IMG/VR virus record: IMGVR_UViG_3300036822_000288
Span: 1-50,416 of that record
From: a virus
Taxonomy: Duplodnaviria > Caudoviricetes
Reading direction: 5' to 3' (one strand)
Length of the DNA stretch: 50,416 nt
This document shows, piece after piece, positions 9,073 to 17,012 of the stretch (within the stretch, counting starts at the first letter, position 1; the number at the start of each line of letters is the position of its first letter). A program made the position numbers and the translations under genes. Under the pieces are notes generated by a model that was not told the DNA's origin, made no database searches, and worked only from the letters and a program-made list of their open reading frames with translations.

Positions 9073-9094
9073 AAAAAGGCCGCCTAAGCGACCT
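9073..9094 (-). terminator. tL-type terminator, copy 2
   Basis: AGGTCGCTTAGGCGGCCTTTTT; identical to 9458-9479. Confidence 0.85.
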
Positions 9095-9305
9095 CTATGA
9101 ACTCAGCATCCAGACCTACCAATTCATATTTCCATATCTGGAGTTCTTCATCCCAGTCAGTTGGGCTCAAAATCCAGTCACAAACTTCATTCCCATCATC
9201 ATTAATGCGAATGTTGCCGCAAATCTCACCCTCAGATTCAGATCGGTAAACTTCACCCTCTGTCCAATATCCTTCGTTATCTCTTGTGCACTTAACGGTA
9301 CCCAT
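9084..9305 (-). CDS. 73-aa acidic hypothetical protein
   Basis: MGTVKCTRDNEGYWTEGEVY...; AGGAG RBS. Confidence 0.75.
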   Translation of the reverse strand: MGTVKCTRDNEGYWTEGEVYRSESEGEICGNIRINDDGNEVCDWILSPTDWDEELQIWKYELVGLDAEFIEVA

Positions 9306-9312
9306 ACTTCAG

Positions 9313-9350
9313 CTCCTCGCCGTTACGATGTCTTTTGATTTGCGATAGCC
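9313..9350. repeat. Duplicate of N gene 3' end plus RBS
   Basis: 37/38 nt identical to 9639-9676. Confidence 0.9.
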
Positions 9351-9352
9351 AG

Positions 9353-9442
9353 CTACCAACCAAGCCACTCACTAATCGCATCGGCAGCGCACAGAACCAG
9401 AGAAAGCATTGCCAGTACGAACAGTGCTAAACAGATTTCCAT
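9353..9442 (-). CDS. 29-aa membrane peptide
   Basis: MEICLALFVLAMLSLVLCAADAISEWLGW; GGAGG RBS right after terminator. Confidence 0.5.
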   Translation of the reverse strand: MEICLALFVLAMLSLVLCAADAISEWLGW

Positions 9443-9457
9443 GCGGTGCCTCCAATA

Positions 9458-9479
9458 AAAAAGGCCGCCTAAGCGACCT
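9458..9479 (-). terminator. tL-type terminator, copy 1
   Basis: AGGTCGCTTAGGCGGCCTTTTT. Confidence 0.85.
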
Positions 9480-9482
9480 GTG

Positions 9483-9632
9483 TTAACCGATCGTTACGAG
9501 AACGATTTTGTCGACGTTCGTCATGTCAACCTTCAATACCAAGCTCTTCCAGGCATCGTCTTCGCTGGAGGCTTTAAGCTTGTGTGTCTCTTTCTCGCCG
9601 AGCCTTGTTACCGAAAATATGTAATTCGTCAT
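9483..9632 (-). CDS. 49-aa hypothetical protein
   Basis: MTNYIFSVTRLGEKETHKLKASSEDDAWKSLVLKVDMTNVDKIVLVTIG; AGGAG RBS. Confidence 0.65.
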   Translation of the reverse strand: MTNYIFSVTRLGEKETHKLKASSEDDAWKSLVLKVDMTNVDKIVLVTIG

Positions 9633-9634
9633 GC

Positions 9635-9907
9635 TCAACTCCTAGCCGTTACGATGTCTTTTGATTTGCGATAGCCCGCGGCAAAAATCGCGATTTCCGG
9701 TAAGCACATCGCTGTGCTCTCATGCTTCTCACGCATACTTGGTGAGGATGTGGCGCGGGATACGTTTAAGCTGCATCCGCCGCTCGCTACTGCGATATTT
9801 CGTGCAAGCTTGTTGTCAGCCTGCATTTGTTCGCGCTTCGCAGCACGGCGCGCACGGTAACGATTCTTCGCGTTATCGTTCGCCAGATAAGTAATGACTA
9901 CTGTCAT
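9635..9907 (-). CDS. N: N antiterminator
   Basis: Arg-rich NAKNRYRARRA (phi21-N-like) and P22-gp24-like tail LPEIAIFAAGYRKSKDIVTAR. Confidence 0.88.
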   Translation of the reverse strand: MTVVITYLANDNAKNRYRARRAAKREQMQADNKLARNIAVASGGCSLNVSRATSSPSMREKHESTAMCLPEIAIFAAGYRKSKDIVTARS

Positions 9908-9917
9908 GGTGCACCTC

Positions 9918-10076
9918 TCAGAAATTCCATGGTGTCGCGCCGAGCTTCTCAGCAAGTGACTTTGCTTCTTTCTTGCTGGAGACTGCCGTTTTCTGGTTCA
10001 TGTAAGTGAAGCGACCGTTTTCACCGAAAATAACGAACTTGTTTTTTCCACTGGTGAAGTAGTGAGCTGTTTTCAT
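9918..10076 (-). CDS. 52-aa hypothetical protein, first gene of pL operon
   Basis: MKTAHYFTSGKNKFVIFGENG...; GGAGG RBS. Confidence 0.7.
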   Translation of the reverse strand: MKTAHYFTSGKNKFVIFGENGRFTYMNQKTAVSSKKEAKSLAEKLGATPWNF

Positions 10077-10091
10077 AGTTACCTCCGGTAA

Positions 10092-10311
10092 TTGGCTTAG
10101 GCCGTGTGATGCCGGGTCGCTAATCCGGTTGCGGTCTGTAATCATGGTGAGTCCATACCAGTCCTAGTGATGGATTCGAACCATCAACCATTCGCAAGCC
10201 TCAAGCGGTTTTTGCTCGACGCTCAGTTACCTGAGCGCTGGCGATCCAACTCAATCGACCATTACCATGAGTCAGCAGGTGCTACCTGCCTTCATCACAC
10301 GCCAAAGCCAA
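10092..10311 (-). ncRNA. Structured pL leader RNA (RNase III-type stem enclosing multi-hairpin domain)
   Basis: 10293-10311 pairs with 10092-10111; several internal hairpins including GATGG-TTCGAAT-CCATC. Confidence 0.65.
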
Positions 10312-10323
10312 CTGCACTTTGGT

Positions 10324-10367
10324 TTCCTCCTGCTAGAGAGGAACATTCCCATCAATGTTAAAGAGCG
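10324..10367 (-). promoter_or_regulatory. nutL (boxA + boxB)
   Basis: boxA CGCTCTTTAACA then hairpin TTCCTCT-CTAGCA-GGAGGAA. Confidence 0.8.
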
Positions 10368-10415
10368 TCGGCGTCCTGCCGTTTGGTGCTGTGCGTCTTG
10401 CTGATGGGGTTAAAT

Positions 10416-10474
10416 ATATCCAAAGCTATTATCACTGTAAATAGCCAAAGATATAATAAAATAGCTTAGGTAAT
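10416..10474. promoter_or_regulatory. OL operators / pL
   Basis: Three 14-bp sites related to ATAGC-N4-GCTAT at 10416, 10441, 10461; lambda-like transcript start ATCAGCAAGACGC just downstream on minus strand. Confidence 0.8.
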
Positions 10475-10516
10475 TTTGTGTTTGATTTAGAAGGGAATTT
10501 ATTTTCTTTCAGGCAT

Positions 10517-10538
10517 AAAAAATCCCGCCGAAGCGGGA
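10517..10538 (-). terminator. Terminator after cI
   Basis: TCCCGC..GCGGGA hairpin + T-run. Confidence 0.75.
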
Positions 10539-10563
10539 CAATTTAGTATTTTTCGCAGGGGGT

Positions 10564-11286
10564 TTAGCCGAGGCGCTTGTAGTCGATTGACTGGCGGATG
10601 AGAACCTTAGCCATCACGTGAAACTGATCCTCTTCGCCTTCCTCAATGAACCATTCTTTATAGCGCTGATTGTCGGACAGGACAGCCAGGCGATTCTTCT
10701 GCATCTGGAGGCGCTTAACGTGCATGGTCTTCCCGAACACGAAAACATAGACGCCATCGCCATCGAAGTGGGTAATGGCTAAGTCAACGAAGATCTGATC
10801 ACCCGGCTCGATTGTGCCTTCCATGCTGTCGCCACGAACGGTGATCACCTTAATGCTTTCCGCAGGGCGCGGACCAAAAAGAGCTTTAGCTTGTTCGCTT
10901 GTGTATTCAATAGCTCTTATGGTTTCAACGAATTCAGTAGACACAAGATAACCATCCCCCGCACTAGCCTGGACATCCAATACATCTACACGATAGTAGT
11001 CGGAGTCCGCCAGTCTTTCCTGTTGGGGGATTTTGATTTGTGCCGATCCACTCACTTCGGAATGCATTGGCAACTCTCCATCAGCCAGCCACTCCGGGCG
11101 AACGCCCAGAACTTTGGCTATCTCATAAAGCTTTCTGGTGTTTTTTGTAACGCCAGAAGTCAGCTTCCATACGCTTGGCTGGGCCATGCCAATGGCTTCA
11201 GCTAAAGATGCCTGCGTGTGCCCACACTCTCTCATGGCGGCATTCAATCGGTCAGCGAAAGTCATGAATTTAGTATCCTTTGTCAT
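10564..11286 (-). CDS. cI: CI repressor (HTH + S24 autopeptidase)
   Basis: HTH TQASLAEAIGMAQPSVWKL; ASAG cleavage site; VRGDSM and VKRL catalytic motifs. Confidence 0.95.
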   Translation of the reverse strand: MTKDTKFMTFADRLNAAMRECGHTQASLAEAIGMAQPSVWKLTSGVTKNTRKLYEIAKVLGVRPEWLADGELPMHSEVSGSAQIKIPQQERLADSDYYRVDVLDVQASAGDGYLVSTEFVETIRAIEYTSEQAKALFGPRPAESIKVITVRGDSMEGTIEPGDQIFVDLAITHFDGDGVYVFVFGKTMHVKRLQMQKNRLAVLSDNQRYKEWFIEEGEEDQFHVMAKVLIRQSIDYKRLG

Positions 11287-11297
11287 CCCTGAAAGAT

Positions 11298-11360
11298 ATA
11301 GCCATAGATATTTGCTGGCAAATACCCAAAGCTATTTACTATTCGGATAGCTTTGGCTAT
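11298..11360. promoter_or_regulatory. OR operators / pR-pRM
   Basis: ATAGCCATAGATAT (11298), ATACCCAAAGCTAT (11322), ATAGCTTTGGCTAT (11347). Confidence 0.82.
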
Positions 11361-11393
11361 TATCACCATAGCCACACTAGCAGGAGCTATTTT

Positions 11394-11624
11394 ATGGTCA
11401 ACAAAGCTATTAAGCAGGCTATTGACATCGTAGGCAGTCAGCAAAAGTTAGCTGATGCCTGTCTTGTTAAGCAGCCTTCTGTATGGGCTTGGTTGCACGG
11501 GAAGAAGAAGGTGTCAGCTGAGAATGCAAAGCGCATTGAGAAAGCTACCAGCGGAAAGATCCCAGCTTACCAAGTTCGCCCTGATTTAACTGACCTGTTC
11601 CCTCATCCGAACCAGGCAGCTTAA
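11394..11624 (+). CDS. cro: Cro-like (YdaS/Cro) repressor
   Basis: AIDIVGSQQKLADACLVKQPSVWAWL...RPDL; divergent from cI. Confidence 0.9.
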   Translation: MVNKAIKQAIDIVGSQQKLADACLVKQPSVWAWLHGKKKVSAENAKRIEKATSGKIPAYQVRPDLTDLFPHPNQAA

Positions 11625-11631
11625 GCAACAC

Positions 11632-11675
11632 CGCTCTTTAAAACTCTGAACCCGCTCCCGTCTAACCGCAGGAGC
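11632..11675 (+). promoter_or_regulatory. nutR (boxA + boxB)
   Basis: CGCTCTTTA then GCTCC..CTAACC..GGAGC; CTAACC loop as in phi21 boxB, consistent with the N ARM. Confidence 0.78.
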
Positions 11676-11699
11676 AAAACCCAAGTGACATTGCCATGT

Positions 11700-11713
11700 G
11701 CAAGGTCAAGCAA
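11700..11713 (-). promoter_or_regulatory. CII site of pRE
   Basis: TTGC-N6-TTGC on minus strand just upstream of cII. Confidence 0.75.
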
Positions 11714-11740
11714 ACTTATTCAACAAAGGAATATTACGTC

Positions 11741-12040
11741 ATGGAAATAGCAACTTATCGCAAAAAAGCGCGAGAGATTGAAAGCCAGCTACTGAACAAG
11801 CTGGCTGTACGTGGACAGGGAACACTGGCGAAGGTGCTGGACTTAGATGATGCAGCCGTTAGCCGCATGAAGCGCCCATCAGGAAAGCAGAAATACAGCT
11901 TCTTCCAGATGATGAGTCTGGCACTGGCTTATCTGGATGTGGTGTCGCCGGAATCTGAAGTGGCGAAGAGCCTGCTGAGGATTGAGCAGCTGCTGACAAA
12001 AGAAAAAGCCCCGAAGAACTGTGAATTCTTCGAGGCCTGA
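11741..12040 (+). CDS. cII: CII activator
   Basis: RKKAREIESQLLNKLA.RGQ..LA...AVSRMK pattern. Confidence 0.88.
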   Translation: MEIATYRKKAREIESQLLNKLAVRGQGTLAKVLDLDDAAVSRMKRPSGKQKYSFFQMMSLALAYLDVVSPESEVAKSLLRIEQLLTKEKAPKNCEFFEA

Positions 12041-12069
12041 TACTTCCAACAACTGATAGGAATAATAAC

Positions 12070-12606
12070 ATGATCCTGACTTTGAGCAAAGCAGCCCTGC
12101 TGAGTGCATTAATCTTCCAGGCTAAAAAAGATGTCCGGTATTACTTAAACGGCATCTGCTTCGCACCAGATAAAAAACTGTATTCAACCGACGGTCACCG
12201 CGCTTTTATTGGCGAGCATGACAACGCATATCTGACTGAAAACATCATCATCGCCATCAAAGGTGCCAAAGTTACCAGCTTTGAAAAGGCTGAGATCGAC
12301 ACTGAAAGCGGCTTGGTTACCTATCTGAATGAGCATGGGTCGCGCGTAGGCGCAGGCATCTGCGAAGTGGTAGATGGTCGATTCCCAGACATTGAGCGCG
12401 TCATTTCTACCTTCAAAAGTACCCCCACCGATGAGATAGGATTCAATGCCGGTTACCTCGCTGACATTGAGAAGGCTGCAAAGCTCTACAACCCTAAATT
12501 CTGCGGCATCAAGATTAAGCCCAATGGCAACACTGCGGCTTCAATCGTTGAGTTCAACAGCGCATTCGGCAACGGAAAGCTGGTGATCATGCCAATGCGC
12601 CTGTAG
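12070..12606 (+). CDS. Truncated DNA polymerase III beta-clamp (DnaN)-like protein
   Basis: DVRYYLNG, TDGHR, VDGRFPD, EIGFN, terminal IMPMRL are DnaN signatures; only 178 aa. Confidence 0.85.
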   Translation: MILTLSKAALLSALIFQAKKDVRYYLNGICFAPDKKLYSTDGHRAFIGEHDNAYLTENIIIAIKGAKVTSFEKAEIDTESGLVTYLNEHGSRVGAGICEVVDGRFPDIERVISTFKSTPTDEIGFNAGYLADIEKAAKLYNPKFCGIKIKPNGNTAASIVEFNSAFGNGKLVIMPMRL

Positions 12607-12614
12607 GAGGTGAA

Positions 12615-13541
12615 ATGAGCAACCTCAAGCGCGTTGACTTCGTTAATAAACAACTCATACCAGCGGAATCAGGAGGTCACATGGCCGACCTGTCCAACGG
12701 GTACACCAAGGTCGCCAATGAGATCCAGAAGCTAAAACCTCGCCTGAGACTATCAGGCAGGGAATGGCAATGCTTTGAAGCGGTGATATGGCTCACCTAC
12801 GGATGGAACAAAAAACAGGACAGGGTGACGAACACGGTCATTGCTGGCTTAACAGGCCTGAGTGACACGCACGTTTCGGACGCCATCAAATCTCTGGCGG
12901 AGCGGAAAATCATCTTCAGCCAGAAGCAAGGGATGATGAAACTTGTAGGGGTGAATACTGAGATTTCAGCATGGATTTTAGATAAACCGGAAGCGGGAAC
13001 AAAATTCCCGAAAACGGGAAAATCCTTCCCGAAAGCAGGAAAAACCTTCCCGAAAACGGTAGCCACCCAATACAAGAACAAGAACAGTAATAAAAACACT
13101 ACGTCAGAGAATTCTGACGAATCCACTGACTCACCTCCTAAGCAGCTTCCCGCCCTTCGTCCTGATGCAGCCACTCAATCACCCAAAGGCGATAAGTGGG
13201 GAACTGCTGACGATCTCAAAGCGGCTGAATGGCTGTTCACAAAAGTTCGAGTTGTCGCTCCGACAGCGCAAGAGCCTAACTGGCCAGCCTGGTCGAATGA
13301 TATTCGCCTTATGCGTAATGCATTGGAGTGTTCGCATCACGAAATTTGCGAAGTATTCAAGTGGGCGAATGCAGATCACTTCTGGCAGACCAACGTAATG
13401 AGCCCTGCAAAGCTTCGTGAGAAGTGGGAAACGCTCAAGGCTCAGATGAACCAACCAAACCGGAACCGACAGGCGAGCGAGCCGCAACAGCCAGCACAAC
13501 ACTGGAATAGCCGCCAAGCCTGGAAGGAGGATTTCATATGA
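12615..13541 (+). CDS. O: Replication initiator O
   Basis: MADLSNGYTKVANE...LTYGWNKKQDRV; contains iterons; FWQTNVMSPAKLREKW. Confidence 0.92.
   Translation: MSNLKRVDFVNKQLIPAESGGHMADLSNGYTKVANEIQKLKPRLRLSGREWQCFEAVIWLTYGWNKKQDRVTNTVIAGLTGLSDTHVSDAIKSLAERKIIFSQKQGMMKLVGVNTEISAWILDKPEAGTKFPKTGKSFPKAGKTFPKTVATQYKNKNSNKNTTSENSDESTDSPPKQLPALRPDAATQSPKGDKWGTADDLKAAEWLFTKVRVVAPTAQEPNWPAWSNDIRLMRNALECSHHEICEVFKWANADHFWQTNVMSPAKLREKWETLKAQMNQPNRNRQASEPQQPAQHWNSRQAWKEDFI
12984..13100. repeat. Phage origin: four 21-bp-period iterons + A-rich tract
   Basis: TTCCCGAAA(A/G)C(G/A)GG at 13005, 13026, 13047, degenerate copy at 12984. Confidence 0.85.
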
Positions 13542-14233
13542 GAAACCTCGTAACAGCTATTCAGAATCGTGATGATGGCGCGCTGGCCCGCATGGCTGGT
13601 GAGGGTCCGCAACCTGTTGATCGCGGCGTGCACGAAGACGTGGAACGCCTGGTAGACGCCCTGTTTAGTAACCTGAAGCAGGTTTTCCCGGCATCGGTAA
13701 GCACTGCATGGAAGCGCCCAGAGGACGAGGCCGCCGCCAAGCGCCAGTGGATCGCAGCCTTCGCTGAAAACGGCATTCACAATCGCCAGCAGCTTTCAGC
13801 CGGTATGCGTGAAGCACGCGCCAGTGGTTCGCCATTCCTGCCGTCACCTGGTGAGTTCATCGCGTGGTGCAAGAAAGGCGCTCTGGTCGCCGCTGGCCTG
13901 CCTGACGAAGACACGCTGTATTCGCTGGTGATGACCTACTGCGCCAAACGTGGCGGATATGTCACTGCCGAAGAATACCCATGGGGTAGCAACGCCGAAT
14001 ACTGGATGGTAACCGGCCTGTACAGCATGATGCGCGCCAACAACCTGAGCGAGTCAGAGCTGCGCGTTAAGTGCCGTTCTGAGTTGCGCAAGATGTCACA
14101 GCGTGTCGAAGCTGGCGAAGAAATCCCGGAACCGCGTAAGCAGCTGCTGAAGCTCTCCATCCCATCAACCACCGAGAAGGCACTGGAAGGTGTCGCACTT
14201 CTCCGCGCCACCATGAAGCGAGGCAAATCATGA
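13538..14233 (+). CDS. P: Replication protein P (DnaB loader)
   Basis: KRQWIAAFAENGI...PFLPSPGEFIAWC. Confidence 0.92.
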   Translation: MRNLVTAIQNRDDGALARMAGEGPQPVDRGVHEDVERLVDALFSNLKQVFPASVSTAWKRPEDEAAAKRQWIAAFAENGIHNRQQLSAGMREARASGSPFLPSPGEFIAWCKKGALVAAGLPDEDTLYSLVMTYCAKRGGYVTAEEYPWGSNAEYWMVTGLYSMMRANNLSESELRVKCRSELRKMSQRVEAGEEIPEPRKQLLKLSIPSTTEKALEGVALLRATMKRGKS

Positions 14234-14385
14234 GCGAAGGAATCCGCATTCGTTTCGAGCGATTGTACCGAAGTGTGCACGGCAATAAGCATGACCTGAG
14301 TCGAACCTATCTCGGCTATGAGGATGCTGTTGTCGACCGGGCGTTTTTCTTCTGGCTGGAAGGCAGGGAGGGAGCGGCGTCATGA
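14230..14385 (+). CDS. 51-aa hypothetical protein
   Basis: ATGA overlaps on both sides. Confidence 0.65.
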   Translation: MSEGIRIRFERLYRSVHGNKHDLSRTYLGYEDAVVDRAFFFWLEGREGAAS

Positions 14386-14726
14386 CCAAGCACGTCACTG
14401 AAATTCAGGAAGCCACACTCGACTTCATGAAGAGCTACTGCGCAGAGCACGGCTTCTTTCCGACCATCACCGAAATCACCGAAGCGATGGGATGGAAGTC
14501 GCGCAATACCGCATATCTGCACGTCAAAGCGCTGGAGAAAAAGGGCGTATTGCAACATAAGCACAAACGCAGCCGCAGCATTGTTCTCACCGACAACGGC
14601 ATCAGCCTGCCCGACATCAGCGACGAAGAGTACTGGTATGACGGCGTATTCAAGCCTCAGCTTTACCAGCGTGACGTTGTTGAAGCTATCAAATCGGCCG
14701 GCATGAAAGTTAAGGAGCCATCATGA
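14382..14726 (+). CDS. LexA DNA-binding-domain-like protein without peptidase domain
   Basis: VTEIQEATLDFM...GFFPTITEITEAMGWKSRNTAYLHVKALEKKG...SRSIVL parallels LexA N-domain. Confidence 0.8.
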   Translation: MTKHVTEIQEATLDFMKSYCAEHGFFPTITEITEAMGWKSRNTAYLHVKALEKKGVLQHKHKRSRSIVLTDNGISLPDISDEEYWYDGVFKPQLYQRDVVEAIKSAGMKVKEPS

Positions 14727-14854
14727 CACAGGTAATTCACGGACTGACCCGCGAGCAGTTAATCAAGCGCGTATTCAGCGAGAGCAAACCGGCACAGCGC
14801 GATTCCCGTTCCGACAATGGCGGCAAGAGCCAGAAGGAGGCCACCCATGACTAA
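14723..14854 (+). CDS. 43-aa hypothetical protein
   Basis: ATGA overlap, AAGGAG RBS. Confidence 0.5.
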   Translation: MTQVIHGLTREQLIKRVFSESKPAQRDSRSDNGGKSQKEATHD

Positions 14855-15260
14855 CCACACCATGCCAGTGCTGACAGATGAGCAGCGCGAGAAACTTCAG
14901 AGACACCTTGCGAAAGTATTAGGTCGCCATGAAGCATTCACGCCAATCGGAGAGTACAGCGAGTGTCATCGTCTGGTGCACGAAATCGCTCTGGCTTTAC
15001 TGGAGGATAAGCCAAAGGCATTCCTAATCCACGAGAAGTCCAGAGCATCATGGCTTAGTTTCCAGAACGCGAAAGCATTTAACCCCGCAGATGTTGAAGA
15101 AAATGAAATCTGGCAGGAACCACTCTACACCTCACCGCCAGTTCCTGCGCTGAAGATGCCAGATGAAATCAGATTGCATGGTGATATGGATGAAATTTAT
15201 GTATCAGCATGGAACGCATGCCTCTCCGAAACCAAGCGCCTTAACGGGGTGACCGAATGA
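14847..15260 (+). CDS. Hypothetical phage protein
   Basis: PLYTSPP...AWNAC motifs typical of nin/ea-region mosaic proteins; AGGAGG RBS. Confidence 0.7.
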   Translation: MTNHTMPVLTDEQREKLQRHLAKVLGRHEAFTPIGEYSECHRLVHEIALALLEDKPKAFLIHEKSRASWLSFQNAKAFNPADVEENEIWQEPLYTSPPVPALKMPDEIRLHGDMDEIYVSAWNACLSETKRLNGVTE

Positions 15261-15583
15261 ACAAGCTAACCGCTGAGAAGTGCTCATGGCTTATTCGCCA
15301 ACTTAAATCGGCCGAAGTTATGTCTGGAGAATTATCGATTGCAGACCATTACAAACTGCAAGCCCTTCAGATTGCGCTACCAGTGCTGGAGCAGCGTGAG
15401 CCAGCAGAATGGACTGACGAGCAATGCCTTGAGTTCCTTTCAATTGCGTTCCGACACGCAAAAATTAGCGGTGACATCATCATGGATGATATCCGGCTGG
15501 CAGTGAAAATGGTAAATGCTGCGCCTAATCCACCCAAACCCTCCACCACCCCTCAGATTGATAATGATGGGAGGGAAGGATGA
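15257..15583 (+). CDS. Hypothetical phage protein
   Basis: ATGA overlap in operon. Confidence 0.7.
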   Translation: MNKLTAEKCSWLIRQLKSAEVMSGELSIADHYKLQALQIALPVLEQREPAEWTDEQCLEFLSIAFRHAKISGDIIMDDIRLAVKMVNAAPNPPKPSTTPQIDNDGREG

Positions 15584-15843
15584 GTGAAAAGCTGAAGAAT
15601 TGCCCACTTTGCGATTCCGCGGTTAAGTGGTGTGGTGAGAATGAAGGCGATCCGGAAGATAACCACCTGTGCCATCACATCGTATGCACCAACAAAGGGT
15701 GTGGGGCAGATTTCGATTTCCATCTCAGCAATGATGACATGCTTCCTGAAGATACCGAAGGAATGACAGCCGAGGAGTGCATGAAACCATTCAGAGATGA
15801 ATGCGCCAAGCGATTCAACAATCGCCGTAAGGTGGCTTCATGA
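15580..15843 (+). CDS. Lar-like (restriction alleviation family) zinc protein
   Basis: LKNCPLCD...IVCTNKGCGA...RFNNRR pattern. Confidence 0.6.
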   Translation: MSEKLKNCPLCDSAVKWCGENEGDPEDNHLCHHIVCTNKGCGADFDFHLSNDDMLPEDTEGMTAEECMKPFRDECAKRFNNRRKVAS

Positions 15844-16109
15844 CAATCCAAACCAAAGGCGATGATTGCCGTGAAAGTGGAGCGGGGGAAACCAGACGAT
15901 ATGAGATGCGCATCATCCACATGTCGATTCATCCCACGTTTCGGCTAAGGCTGAACGATGGCGGATATGTCTACATGGTATGGCATCACGTCTGCGGACC
16001 AGCGTTCTACCGCGATAAAGCAACCCGTCGGGAGATTATTGACTGGTATCGGGATAAGCAGATAGGCGCCGCTTTCGGGTGGTTTCTTTGCAGAGGTGAA
16101 AGAGCATGA
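15840..16109 (+). CDS. Hypothetical protein
   Basis: ATGA overlap; true start may be internal. Confidence 0.55.
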   Translation: MTIQTKGDDCRESGAGETRRYEMRIIHMSIHPTFRLRLNDGGYVYMVWHHVCGPAFYRDKATRREIIDWYRDKQIGAAFGWFLCRGERA

Positions 16110-16195
16110 CATACATCGCAGAAATCATATCGGGGCTGACATCACTGTTAGCCCTTTTTATTGGGCTTCGTGAAATGGTCAGGAGGGGAGTGTGA
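16106..16195 (+). CDS. 29-aa membrane peptide
   Basis: MTYIAEIISGLTSLLALFIGLREMVRRGV; overlaps neighbours by 4 nt. Confidence 0.45.
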   Translation: MTYIAEIISGLTSLLALFIGLREMVRRGV

Positions 16196-16374
16196 TGGAA
16201 AAATTAACCGCCGCGCAGCAAAAATTCATTAACGAAATGTCACAAACCAAGCGCAAGAACCTTAACCCGGACAACAAAACTGGCAACGCGCTAAAGAGAA
16301 AGGGCCTGACCTTTTATGCCATCTTTGTTGGATGGTGCGTCACTGCTGAAGGTATGAAATACGTGAAGGAGTAA
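16192..16374 (+). CDS. Hypothetical protein
   Basis: Strong RBS, operon context. Confidence 0.65.
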   Translation: MMEKLTAAQQKFINEMSQTKRKNLNPDNKTGNALKRKGLTFYAIFVGWCVTAEGMKYVKE

Positions 16375-16377
16375 CCC

Positions 16378-16575
16378 ATGAGCAACGTAATCCCCCTCAG
16401 ACCTAATCAGCAACTTCATGAAGCCATTGAGACGCTAACCAAGCTTCAATATGCGCTGGGCGCCATATGCACCCCAAACTTTGCTGACCAGATTATGAAA
16501 AATCAGGCACAGCAACTTTCCAAAGAGCTTCACGACAACCTCTATGACTATCTGGAGACAATCGAAGGGAGGTAA
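16378..16575 (+). CDS. Hypothetical protein
   Basis: MSNVIPLRP start, AAGGAG RBS. Confidence 0.7.
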   Translation: MSNVIPLRPNQQLHEAIETLTKLQYALGAICTPNFADQIMKNQAQQLSKELHDNLYDYLETIEGR

Positions 16576-16577
16576 CA

Positions 16578-17012
16578 GTGGAAACGCAACGTTATCTACT
16601 GAGAAACAACAGCGTCAGACAGAACTGCATCAGCGCCATCCAGCAACTCCCCACCGACACCGAAAAACCTCTGCAAGTAACCATCCAGGAAGATACCCGC
16701 AGTCTTGCGCAGAACCGCATGCTTTGGGCTTGCCTGCATGACGTATCGCAGCAGGTGGTGTGGTACGGCCGGAAACTGGACTCGGAGAGCTGGAAGAACA
16801 TCTTCAGCGCCGCACAGCATCAGCAGGACACGGTGCCGGGCATCAACGGCGGCTTTGTCGTTCTCGGTAAATCAACCAGCAAAATGCGCGTCAGCGAGAT
16901 GCGCGACCTCATAACCATCATCCATGCCTTCGGTGCAGAGCATAACGTCAGATTCAGCGATGAGTCGGCGCGCGCTGCAGAGTGGGCTGGCAGATTCGGG
17001 AGTGCAGCATGA
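16578..17012 (+). CDS. ninB: NinB/Orf recombination mediator
   Basis: RSLAQNRMLWACLHDVSQQVVWYGRKL...STSKMRVSEM. Confidence 0.92.
   Translation: METQRYLLRNNSVRQNCISAIQQLPTDTEKPLQVTIQEDTRSLAQNRMLWACLHDVSQQVVWYGRKLDSESWKNIFSAAQHQQDTVPGINGGFVVLGKSTSKMRVSEMRDLITIIHAFGAEHNVRFSDESARAAEWAGRFGSAA

Noticed and set aside
10142-10270. Second canonical tRNA gene
   Set aside because: T-arm present, but too many arms, no 7-nt anticodon loop in the proper position and no CCA; reported as structured RNA instead
12984-13067. Short repeats as a CRISPR array
   Set aside because: 21-bp-period iterons inside O, no spacers, no cas genes in the window
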